A DNA stretch of 62,786 nt, the filler included, from Psammoneis japonica (taxonomy: Eukaryota): NCBI GenBank assembly GCA_008632985.1. It is 4 parts of 4 records of this genome, joined end to end, with 100 filler letters (N's around TTAATTAATTAA, not from the genome) between each part and the next. Parts side by side here need not be neighbours in the genome. Positions count along the whole stretch, not along the records: positions 1 to 29,074 come from QPGO01000140.1; 3 more parts are not named here. The stretch is one strand, 5' to 3'. The position numbers were made by a program, and so were the translations under genes. Position 1 is the first letter of the stretch. Each line of letters begins with the position of its first letter. Under the pieces are notes generated by a model. It saw nothing but the letters and a program-made list of their open reading frames with translations, ran no database searches and was not told the origin of the DNA. Positions 1 through 11,228 of the stretch are shown here, in pieces.

Positions 1-1183
1 TGAAAAGCTGAGGGACGGATTGCTCGAAAGAGGATGGATTCAATCCGCCATTGACCCTTGTCTTTATTTCAAAAAGGGTGTGTCATGTGTGGTGCATGTT
101 GACGATGCCGTGTTCGCCGGCGCATCGGCCCAAGCCTTGGAAGCAGAGATTGCCAAGTTGGGTGTTTCTAACGATGAGCAACGCCATGTCTTTGATCTAC
201 GTGATGAAGGCGAAGTCGGTAACTTTCCAGGTATCAAGATTCAAAAGCTCGAAGACGGCCGATTCCTCCTGACCCAACCCGGCCTAATTGAGAAAGTTCT
301 CCGCACCGCACAGATGACTAAGTGCAACGGCGCACCTGCTCCTGCCTTGCCTGCTCCTGCTGGCAGCGACACCGACGGGCCACCGTTCGAAGAGCCTTAT
401 GACCACCGTTCCGTGGTCGGCATGCTGATGTGTCTAGCGTCCAACAGCCACCCGGACATTGCTTGCGCGACCCATCAAGTCGCACGGTTCTCCTGCGCAC
501 CCAAGGCCTCCCACGCTGCGGCTGTCAAGCGCATTCTTCGTCACCTGAAGGATGCGGCCGATAAAGGACTTATCCTAACTCCAACCGCCGATCAACGACT
601 CGACTGCCATGTTGATGCTGATTTCGCGGGACTCTTCAGTGTTGAAGATGGACAAGATCCCACGTCTGTCAAGTCACGTGCGGGGTGTGTCATTTGTTGT
701 GCTGGATGTCCGATTGTCTGGGTGTCCAAGTTACAGACCCTCGTCGCACTCTCTACCATGGAAGCCGAGCATGTCGCCCTCTCCCAAGCGATGCGTGATC
801 TCATCCCCCTTCGCGAGATCGTGAAGGAAATCAACGCGCTCGTTTTCGGACAGCCGGACAGACAGACCGACATTTCGACACATTCGAAGGCTTTCCGACA
901 CGCCAACGACGGAACTGAGGATTCTCACATTGACTCTGCTAACCTCCCAGCATCCGTTGTGTACGAAGATGATGCTGCCTGCCTCCAATTCGCCCGTGTG
1001 CCAAAATTGTCCCCACGAACCAAGCACATCGGCATTCCCTGCCATTGGTTTCGTGCTAAAGTTGAGGCTTTGGAGATCAAAATTGAGCCTGTGAGCTCAG
1101 CTGCACAGCTTGCTGACCAGTTCACTAAAGGATTGACTGTTGATCTATTCCGCACTGGTCGCAAAGCCCTCATGGGCTGGTGA
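1..1183 (+). mobile_element. Ty1/Copia (CoDi-like) LTR retrotransposon pol 3' end (RT + RNase H), mutated
   Basis: ORF 20-1183 has Copia motifs IDPCLY, [Y>H]VDD, RSVVGMLM, [Y>H]VDADFAG, SKLQTLVALSTMEAE, RTKHI and QLADQFTKGL. Conserved Tyr are replaced by His/Cys. Runs off the window start. Confidence 0.93.
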
Positions 1184-1210
1184 CTGACAGTTCTCCTTCT
1201 CTTTTCGGTT

Positions 1211-1668
1211 GAGAGGGAGAGTCACGAGTCAACAACCGAGTCTGATTCACGGATGACGCTCCCGGTCATGGATCTCTTCTTCCGGAAGAAATGTCCGTTG
1301 AGTCTTCTAGCGATGGCAATCGGAGTGACACACACGACCGTCAGGTCATAATGTCATCTCCAATCCCTCGTGAGATCTTCTCACAATTCGCATCTTTAGC
1401 ACATCTCATTGTCCCAAGCCCACTTCTTGTCATCCTCTGTTGTGTTGTACAACCTCAAGAGAGTCCTGAACTCTCCATCCTACACAGTGCATTGTTGCAT
1501 CCCAAGTCGGTCGTGAGTCGTGAGCTCCACTGCATGTAAGTGCTGCTGTGCTCTCCATCGTTTGGATTTGAATTTTTTTGGACATCCTGTGGACAAACGG
1601 GACACTGTGTAGCCCAGGGTGTAATTGAGTAGTTAGTGCTCCGTGGACAACTGTAACAAGCTGTAACA
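1211..1668 (+). repeat. Polypurine tract and probable 3' LTR of the Copia element
   Basis: GAGAGGGAGAG at 1211-1221 just after the pol stop; candidate LTR end TGTAACA at 1652-1658 or 1662-1668. No second LTR in the window, so boundaries are tentative. Confidence 0.45.
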
Positions 1669-3277
1669 AGTGCTTCACGAACGATGGGGAGTGATATACT
1701 CGCGCGAAAATCCGCGCGAGAAAGGTTCTGAGCCGCATGCGAACCCAAGAGCCTGCCGTGGTGTCCGGCGTCTCCTTTTTTTCTTGACAAGCTTGAGGCT
1801 GGATTGATGTTTAGCGGCATTTTTTTTTAAACAGCTCGTGATTTTATAATTTTCTCGCACTTCGCCCGTGTTGTTTTGCGATGCCTCTGAGCACCCCCAA
1901 ACACTCACGTGTGTGTCTAGCCCCCATCAGGGCTGTCAGACCTTTGTGTGAACTGCACTTGTCAACCTTCAAACGCCAATTGTCGCATTGGGTGCAGTTG
2001 TCACATTCGATGAACCGCTGTTTTTCGCCAAAATGGGGCTGTCAATGGCAGACAAGCCGCAACTTTCCAGGAAAGGCCGACAATTGGCGTTTGACTGGCT
2101 GTGGACATGTCTGCAGTCGTCATTCTAGAGATCCCGAACCTTGACATTCATTGTCAATGCATTCCATGATGTCTTGCAAACGGACAAAGTTCGACCTGTC
2201 GCTGAAAATCCGGGTCATTTTTAAATGTTTGCGAGCTCCAAATAAAATCGACCGCCAAACATCGACCCATCCTCAAGTCAGGACAGAGAACAAAGAAGAT
2301 GGCTTCCAACCCATCGATGCCTCGACAACACAGCAACAGCAACCCAGTTGTCTCCTTGCTGCCTCATCGATCGCCTCATCCCCATTCTGCAATTGCATCT
2401 TCTACGAATCAGCAACATGCGGTGGTGGCAGGAAAAGAAATCTTGACCATCCTCGAGGATTGTCTCAACATGAGGTTGTTGTCAGGTTGATTGGATTGAC
2501 TTTGAGTTCACATTGTCTGAGAGCAATCCACATGCTGGCAGTTGTTGCAACGCTGTGGCTTTCGTCATTTTGACGCGTTCCAGGTCTAGGTGGGACCTCG
2601 CACTGCTGAACTGTGACATCGACAGTTTTTTGAATCTCGTCGTATGTCGCGCATGTAGATTTCTACGTGATTTTTTTACACTTTGTGTCATTTTACGGTG
2701 CACTTGTTGAGCGATCCTTCCAAGAACTTTTGACATTTTTTGTTACAGCGCGATTCTACAATGTCTTGAGAATCGCGCAGGGCAGGCGCATTTGCAAAAA
2801 CGTCGAGTGGCAAGAGGCACAATTGCACCACAAACTTGGCCGTTTATTTGATGTTGAAGACAAATGCATCCATTGATCAAATTCTCGCACTGCGGAGCTC
2901 GCACGCAGAATTCTGCGGGCCCAATGTCACACGGAGTCCCACCCAGGGCTGGAACGCGTCTTTTGCAAGTTTGCTGTCACATCCTCGCACAGAGTATCGA
3001 CTAAAATGTAAAATGTCTCTTCCTCCATGTGGTGCCGGTTCTCGAATTCATTGGCATGACGGAGCATTTCGACGTGGTCATCTCATTTCACCCGCTTGAA
3101 CTGACACATGTGCTCTGTCTCTTTAAAATCATCATCATCAAGACCTTCCCTGATGAGGGCTTTGATTACTCCCTTGCTTAACTTCGTGTTGGTCCTGCGT
3201 TTGATACAACAGAACAACAGAGCTTGTTCACAAAAAGCGTTGTGGCTTTATTTTATGAGCGTTTGTTAGCACAGTAC

Positions 3278-4700
3278 ATGGTCGTCAGTGCCACGTCATC
3301 TCAACGGGCGGTGGCCGGGCGGCGGGCGCCAAATGCGCGTTGAGGCTTGACATGTATCTTCGCGATGTCTGGCGCCCTGCCCGGCGATCGGCTGCAGGGC
3401 GCTTTACTGCCCCGGGGCGCGAATGCGTGCTTGTTATCCCGGCGTCTGATTGCTGTTGCCGGATCGAACGGAATGGTGGTTATTTGGAATGCCGACAAAT
3501 CAATCCTATCTCCGTCATCGAATCAGAATCCCATGCCAGAAGCGGTCTTGACGCAACACGGTCGGGCTGTAAACAAAGTGGCATGGCACCTAACCAGAAA
3601 GCGACCAGAGCTCTTACTTTCTGCTTTGCAGGATTTGATGGTCAAGCTCTGGGAACGCTCCACCCATGATCGAGGCTCACAGGAAAGCAAAGTGCCCGGT
3701 TTGCGTTCGTGGTTTGGAATGCAACTGCACACGACAAAAGTTGCTGATCAGTCCGTCTCGTGGCGTTGTAAGTTTACCTTTCAACCTCATTCCAAAGCTG
3801 TCTGAGATATTGCGTTGAGTCATTTTGACGGCAGTGGTAAGAACGAATCATGATTCCCCTTTTGTATACATTGTTCGTTCCCGTCAGCTCACAAGACACG
3901 TTTAGGTTTTGCCATTGTGACGGGGAGCGGATGTTTGATTGTCTATATAACATCACCGCACCTGCTCGACCATGGGTTAAGATTGCCGCACATTTGGGAG
4001 ATGCAACCACCCTTTATTGGCATCTTAGACATCCATACATCGTCGCGACCGCTGGAGGGAGTCAGGATCAGCGAGTAAAGAGTGTAAGTAGGCGGGAATC
4101 GTTACAAGATATTGCCGGGACGAAACCGCATCCGCTCTAATTTCTTATCATTTCTTGTTCGCTTGCCCCTAGTTTGGAATCTTGAAAGTAGAATGGACCT
4201 TACCAAACGAGATGAAAAGAACGTGGCGAAGAACTCGCTATCTGCAAGATCTGAGTACAGTCATGCGTCAACAGCATCGGAGAACTCTAATGACGATACT
4301 GTCATTCGTTCCGGGTAAGTGCGTACCGCTGGAGGCTCGATTCTTTGTTGGCGCCTTTTGATTCTAAGAAACGTTTCGTCTTGCTGCAGATCATCTACAC
4401 CACGAGGAAACAGTCTACACGAGATGGAGATAAACCCTGTGCCACTGGCCAGCTAAGGTTCTGTTACGCGTTCGTTGTGATCGTCCACAGTGTCGCTAAA
4501 CTCGACATTGACATCCAACAAGTTTGTCGCTACGGCGTCGATATCCGCATCTGTCACGCACCTAAAATGGAGACCACCCAGCGGCAGCACTCAGAGCTCA
4601 TCCATTGACAGCAGTGGTGCTGTGCTCAACCGCCATGATGCCATGTTGGCGGTAGCAACTGCACCAATGAAAGGCGCGCATGCGGGTGGCTCTGGTGTAG
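3278..4700 (+). pseudogene. WD40-repeat protein, WDR24/Sea2 (GATOR2)-like N-terminal part, disrupted
   Basis: Motifs QHGRAVNKVAWH, VKLWER, FQPHSKAV*DI and AAHLGDATTLYWH-HPYIVAT. In-frame TGA at 3341 and 3803; truncated near 4700. Confidence 0.6.
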
Positions 4701-6291
4701 GTGGGAGGTACTGTAGATGCACGTGGGTAGATGTTTCATACCCGAACTACTTGAATGACAGAGATTTGGAGGAGCTGGAGGAAACTCTTAAGGATCTGAC
4801 TCAACGCATTGCCTTCTTGCAAGCGACTTTTGGAAGCAGTAATCTCCGAGTCAATGTCGCGAGGAACTTGCGGCATGCCACCTGCACCCAACGATTTGCT
4901 GCTCAAAGCAGTTAAACCACGCACTACTTGTACCTTCCTACACTCTAGACGAATACGGATATTATGGGTGCAAATCGTTCCAATTGTTCGTCGGAGAGTG
5001 TCACGAGAATGATAGGAATACGGTAACTTTACCGGAATCAATGAGGGTCGTTTCCGCCAATTTTGAAGTTTTCTTGTCGAGTGCTCCTATGGATTAATCC
5101 AAGAGCAGAACTGCTGGTTTCAACGACAGTGCAATTGCAAGTGAGGCACGTTGTGCTTCCTCTCCCGGGTTGATCCAAGGCGAGTGGATAGAAGCTCCAC
5201 TGGAGGCAATGCTGGTGGGGAGAAAGAGTGCTATCTTTCTCATCGGCTTTGTAATTCGTTGAAATACACTCTTGGAGTTCCGTCGAGCGTCGGTTTATCC
5301 TGAGGTAACCAAGATACCATGGATCGCAATTTGGCAAAAGTATAGCTAGGTGAAACAGCGCCGTTCAACGAAACTTTTTGTGATTAGTATCACGCCATAC
5401 CTCAAACGCAGCAAGATTTCTCTTTAGCTTCATCGTTCCTGATCCATCTGGACCAGTAACTCCGATAGGTCGCCATGAAAAAGATTGAATGAAACAGTTT
5501 GATGGTCAAGACGCCCAATGAGAGCTTTCCCCGCCGAAATCGGCATGTCTCTGTTGTCTTTTTATTCGGCGTGCCCATCTCTGTCGACTTCATGATGGGA
5601 GTAATTTTCCAATGAAGGTACTGACAATCGCACCGTTGAAGAATTCGATAAGTTCAGTCGAGTTTGTTTCGGATCTACTGATAATCGAATACCAACAATC
5701 GGACCAACATGCAAATGTATGTACTAATACTGAAACTACCCGTTCCTCTTGTCCGCCGAGGAAGAGGAGTCATCATCCGCACTGGGTACGCTTGGATTCA
5801 GGTGGGCGAAGGTGATGAATTTCCGTTTCGGAAATTGGAGTAGCGACGAACGGCTCGGGCTCGGTACAGTAGATTAGATTCCTTCATCATAGTCTCCTTC
5901 AGATTATCCTAGACGAGCGTAATGCAGTTGCAATGCTCTCTAGGAGTACTCTCTAGGGCTACTAACTACTCCTACTAGTGTCGGTACTTACACTACTATA
6001 CTTTACGCCGTGGATGGCGAGTCTCTACTAGCTAGCTCTCTTCTCTAGGGATAGAGAATAAAGTAGTGAAGAACTCGAATGCACTATGTTTAGCTAGCCC
6101 TGCATTACAGGTGCACTATCTAAAATACCCTTTCCACTGAAAAATTTCTCATCTCACAGCGGTACAAGCACTGTGGACACATGGAACCTGCAGCAAATCG
6201 GATGTAACTTGTTGGGGCACACCTATCAGTAGAGATGCATGCTTGTCAGGAAAGACGCATGATGCACTGTTCCAAGTTCATCGCTTGGTTC

Positions 6292-6519
6292 TATGTTCAT
6301 CTCTCGAAACTTCCAAGGCCGCACAAACGAAGAAGTCCCTCGCTCGCTTTGCATCTTGGTAGTTCAAACCAAGAAAGAACGAACGGAATCCAATACTTGT
6401 AACGACGTATGTATGCTTCATGGGTCTATGTTCATCTCTCGAGACTTCCAAGGCCTCAGAAACGAAGACGTTTGCTCGCTCACCCGCTTTGCATATTGGT
6501 ACCGTAGTTCAAACCAAGA
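6292..6519 (+). repeat. Diverged direct duplication, ~135 bp period, 2 copies
   Basis: TATGTTCATCTCTCGARACTTCCAAGGCC...TAGTTCAAACCAAGA at 6292-6373 and 6427-6519. Confidence 0.85.
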
Positions 6520-6900
6520 TTGAATCAACGGAATCGATATCGATTGCGACGGTGCGGGACGGGTAGGACCAAAAAGCTCACTTTATCTACGGACTCTCGG
6601 CGGATTCGGCAAAATTCGGAGAATCCACTTCACCCAAAAAGCACTCAAAATATCTTCATTACAAAGTCACCAGCCAAACTATCCCCCCTCGAGTGATGTC
6701 AGCTCGACTTTCTATGCTGCTAATAACATGTCATTCTTCTCCTTTGGCAGAAACAAGGCCACTTCCCAGAAGCTTGGTCGCCACGAAGAAGCCATTCGAT
6801 AATGATGGAGCGGGCTTTTCAATCTCTTGAGATAAAGCCTTGATCTCTGCCACTGGGCGGTTCTCGCCGGTAATTGTATTCGTAGTTGGAATCCGTGATT

Positions 6901-7446
6901 TCATGGCTCGTCCACAACAACACCAAAAACAGCCATTTTCAGTGGTTCCTTCGCCTCTGATGAAACAACTAGCCCGTGTGATTGTTTTGGAGGTATGGAT
7001 AAAAAGGTTCCCTTGGTCACATCAAATTCGTCTTTGTCATTGTAAAAACGAGCACTTCCGTCAAGGATATAAAACAGCTCATGCAGTGTATCGTGCGCAT
7101 GAGACTTTAATGACTGACCCGGATCGAATGTGGCGACGGAATAGCCGACAAAGTTTGGAATAACAAACGGCTCTAAAAGCTGCTGCTTGACAATGGGATT
7201 ACCGTTCTTGTCGACATGGGAAGTATTCCTAAAAGGAGTATCATTTAGCTTTGTAACTGCAATCTTTTGTGTACTTGATGCATCCATTTTGTGTTTGAAT
7301 GTCCGTGTCATGCTTTGACTCGGTTGTACAAGCATCAAATGATATAGCCAGCCTCCCATGAACATTCCTGCGCAAAAAGCAAAAAGTATCGTTCTAAAGA
7401 ATCTCGTCGGATTTGTTTGCTGCGGTAGCCTTGCGATCGACGTCAT
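6901..7446 (-). CDS. Cupin-domain protein with N-terminal hydrophobic anchor
   Basis: Cupin motifs FDPGQSLKSHAHDTLHELFYILDG and GTFLSIPPKQSHG; likely ATG at 7446. Confidence 0.85.
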   Translation of the reverse strand: MTSIARLPQQTNPTRFFRTILFAFCAGMFMGGWLYHLMLVQPSQSMTRTFKHKMDASSTQKIAVTKLNDTPFRNTSHVDKNGNPIVKQQLLEPFVIPNFVGYSVATFDPGQSLKSHAHDTLHELFYILDGSARFYNDKDEFDVTKGTFLSIPPKQSHGLVVSSEAKEPLKMAVFGVVVDEP

Positions 7447-8124
7447 TTTGCCTTTTTGTTGATGTAGCTTGTTTGATGAGTTGATTTCAGACGGATCCGA
7501 TGGATCGATGAGCGTGGTAAACAAGAACGGCCAAATCAGATAGCGTCTGTTACGAAAAACACAAAGGCGAGGTGAGATCGTAGGTACTGACTTTATTAAT
7601 AGGGAGGGGAACAATGAGATGACACCCGTGGACGACATACAAGAAGGATCATCGCCGTTTGCAACTTGCAACGCCACACTGAAACGAGGTCAAGACAAAA
7701 ATATTGTGACGACATGCATTGCACTTTTTAATTTTTGTCATTTCTGCATAAAATCAATATTTATTCGATGTACGTTGAGTTTAAAATAGGCTCTTAAAGA
7801 ACATAGCTTAAATTATCCCATATTAGCTCTTTTTCATGATAGTGGCATGACAAAATAGAAATAAAATATAACTATACTTATGAGGATGTACATTCCTCTC
7901 TAACCTGACGTCATTCGTAGGTTGACGTGGCTTTGTACATGTCTCTTTATTATCGCCACAAAGCTCTCTCTTTTCGATACTAAATCGATGGTGAAGGCAA
8001 CGTGTGACGACCGCGACCTCTCACATTGAACACAGAGCATAGTGCAGAAGCTCAAAAGTTCCGACTGCTGCAACATTGAATGCCTCTGATTTGAATAGAA
8101 AAGAAATTCAAGTCGTTACTAGTC

Positions 8125-10244
8125 ATGACGGAAGAATTAGAAGTCGCCTCTGGTGTCGAGCTGAGTGCTTCCGGAGATGAGGTGAATGTGATGGACGATG
8201 ACGGCAGCGAGCAGTCCTCCAAAAGAACGGTATGGACAGTACAGAACGACCCACCAACACGTCGAGCAGTAGCGGAGAGGAGGAACTGAGCTTTAGGTCG
8301 TTGGAAGAGGAGGAGAATTTGTTTCAACTGTTTACGGGTATGAAGGAGGATTTAGATGCTCGCGTGCCGCTGTACAAGGATGACTGGAGTCGGCCGAGAA
8401 ATATTTTCACCGTGGTGAATGCCACGCTGTTTGCGTTTGTCATTCAGTTGATTCCAGCGCTCATCTTTGCCGAACTCATGAATCGGGAGACTGAGGGGAA
8501 CCTTGCTACTGCCGAAACACTACTGTCGAGTGCTATTATTGGAATTATCTATGCCATGTTTGCTGGACAGCCTTTGGTTATTATGGGTATTACTGGACCA
8601 GTTGCCCTGCTCTTGGGAACTTCTTATAGTCTTACAGACACATTTGATGCAGAGTACTTTGCCTTTTTCTTCTGGACAGCAATTTGGGCCGGCCTTATGC
8701 ACGTTATCTCTGCCATGATTGGACTGGTCAGTCTCGTCTGGAAGGTGACTCCGTTTACGTCGCAGATTTTTGAACTCTTCATCGGTACGCAGAGCTATGC
8801 GCTTTTTATTATTTTATTTTCTTCTCTTGACGGTTTCTAATGTAGCGGTTTCTGTTTTGTCTCGTTCTTTGCAGCCATTACGTTTATCTACTCGGCACTT
8901 CGTGATTTGATTGAGCCCATTTATTGGGGCAACGGAGATTACCAGCCGACACGCGGAGCCGAGTGGGCAACGCTGTTTATCGGTCTCTTGACCATGTTTG
9001 TTGCATGGACTTTGCATTTTGCCGAAACATGGACTTTGTTTACTAGACAGATTCGAATCTTTTTGGAGAGTTACAATACGCTCATTGCTGTTGTGATTGG
9101 AACCGCCTTTAGCTACCTGCCGGGAGTGGACCAACCCAATAATGGATCGGGTGGCATTGATCGAGTCAATGTCGTTGCCCCCTGGGACTGGCAGCCGACT
9201 GCCGATCGACCGTGGGTAGTGAACCCACTCGAGGGCATTGGTGCAAAGGGGATTTTTGGTGCAATGATTCCCGGTTTTATGTTTTTCCTTCTCTTTATTA
9301 TTGATCACAATGTCAGTTCGATTCTGACGCAGAGCCCAAAGTTCAATCTGAAGAAACCCCCGGCCTACCATTGGGACTTTTTCGTTTTGGGGATTACTTT
9401 TATTCCCTGCGCTATCCTGGGTCTGCCGCCTGGCAATGGGTTGATCCCACAGGCTCCGTTACACTGCAGAGCTCTTTGTACTCGCCAGTTTATAGTGGAT
9501 CCAGTGACTGGTGTCAAGAAGGAGGTTGTGACACACTGTGAAGAGCAGCGATGGTCTGGATTGGGACAAGCTCTTCTCATGTTTGTAGCGCTCTCGGCTT
9601 TTACTGTCATTTCTTGGATTCCGCGTGGTTGCTTGTTTGGCCTCTTTCTATACCTTGGAATGGGAGCCTTGTACGGAAACGAAATTTGGGAGCGATTTGT
9701 CCTTTGCTTTATGCTGGAAAAGAAACGACCCAAAATTCCTGTTGTATCAAAGGTCAAAAAGTGGAGAACGACTGTCATTTGGACTTTTATTCAGGCAGCA
9801 CTTGCATTTGCTATTTTTGCTGTGGCTCAGTTTGCTTCCGTCGGTGAGTACTGGAGGAGAGAAACAAGAGTTGAATTGTCATCGCTTTCGTTGTTGCATT
9901 CAGCTTTATGCTTACAGTCAACGTATTTTCTTTTTTTATTGTTAGGATACCTTTACCCGGCTCTCTTGACAGCACTTGTGCCAGTTCGATCCTACATTTT
10001 GAACCGCTTCTTTGACGAAGATGACCTAAAACATCTTGATCCATATGGTGAGACGGAGGAGGAATACCATGATGAGCAACAGGCTATTCACCTCCAAAGG
10101 AACGATTCCTTTACCGAGGAAGAATTGGACTTTCCGAACCGTGGTGAATTCCGTGCTCAGGGCATTCACAAGGAATTGCGTCAGCGCCACCAAGCTGAAG
10201 TTATTGCTGAAGCTGAAAATCGAGCAGAGAATGGCGAAATGTAG
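8125..10244 (+). CDS. SLC4 family bicarbonate/borate anion transporter
   Basis: Motifs YKDDW, FAGQPLVIMGITGP, IDHNVSS, LKKPPAYHWD, PQAPLH, EQRWS and LFGLFLYLG. GT-AG introns at 8785-8874 and 9844-9945 restore the frame. Start is 8125 (needs a 1-nt A-run fix near 8222) or 8232. Confidence 0.92.
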
Positions 10245-10829
10245 AGGGCTCTGGTAGCCACACCGGTGCTGATTGAAATGAAACGTCAGGAGGCCCAGAC
10301 TAGACTCGGGTCATTTGGTACTCGGGACAGCGCGGAAATGTTGCTGTTTTTTCATCGGGGTGTTTTGCTTTCAGGTGTAGGGTTGAGAAAGAATGGCACA
10401 GCTTGTTTCAATTCATCCGCTGCCCAATTTCGATCGACAGTATGCCCTTCGATCATTTCCAAGAATAGATTGTATAAACGTTGCTTACCATATATATTTC
10501 CTTTTATCATTTTCTCATTACTCGCCAAAACCTTTGTTTGCCGCTCGTAGTTTAGAGAATGAAATAGAGGTCGAACCACGAACGATCGAGAGGATGCGCC
10601 GGTTCACATTTTAACCTAAATGGCACTCAGTATATATACCCCATGTTATCTGATAGTGGAGAGAAGATTCCTTTTCAAACTTGGAAACGATAAGAGCAGG
10701 AAGTGAAGAGAATTCGACATCTCTTTCGCGTGAGACGGTGTTAGTGGACATTGAGAGCCCTTTATGAGAAACCCAGCTAATTTTATCAAATGCAAATGCT
10801 TCCTTTCATCTATTCAAATAACAAGTAGC

Positions 10830-11228
10830 TCAAGAATTTCTACGTGACATGCTTGATCCATGGTACAGACTCTGCCCCTCTCCAAATCCTTCTCGTCCAC
10901 CAGCACTTTCGAGGCGCAAGGTTTGGCCGTATGCTACCTTTGAGAGTACCCATAGACAGCATATCGGACTACCCAGTAGGCAACAGCCGGTAATCCAAAC
11001 AACACCTCGGACCCAGGTAGGCTCTGAGGCCAAAATAACCGCACAGAGACAAAGACATGCTCCGTAATAATCCACCACAGTTGCAGCCAGCCAGGCGTTG
11101 GACCATTCGATCGACTCACAATCAAATGGAAACAACGGAAACTGGTGGTTGGTCCATCCAATTGTGACAAATGTGACAATCAACAGGACAAAGTAAACAA
11201 CTTGTGTTAGGCGCATCTCATAACTCAT
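10830..11228 (-). CDS. Small multi-pass membrane protein, DUF1475-like
   Basis: Three hydrophobic segments; AWLAATVVDYYG and W...LLGS pattern. Start uncertain. Confidence 0.6.
   Translation of the reverse strand: MSYEMRLTQVVYFVLLIVTFVTIGWTNHQFPLFPFDCESIEWSNAWLAATVVDYYGACLCLCAVILASEPTWVRGVVWITGCCLLGSPICCLWVLSKVAYGQTLRLESAGGREGFGEGQSLYHGSSMSRRNS

Noticed and set aside
3145..3190. CTGATGA as a hammerhead ribozyme core
   Set aside because: No GAAA follows a stem II and no supporting stems were found.
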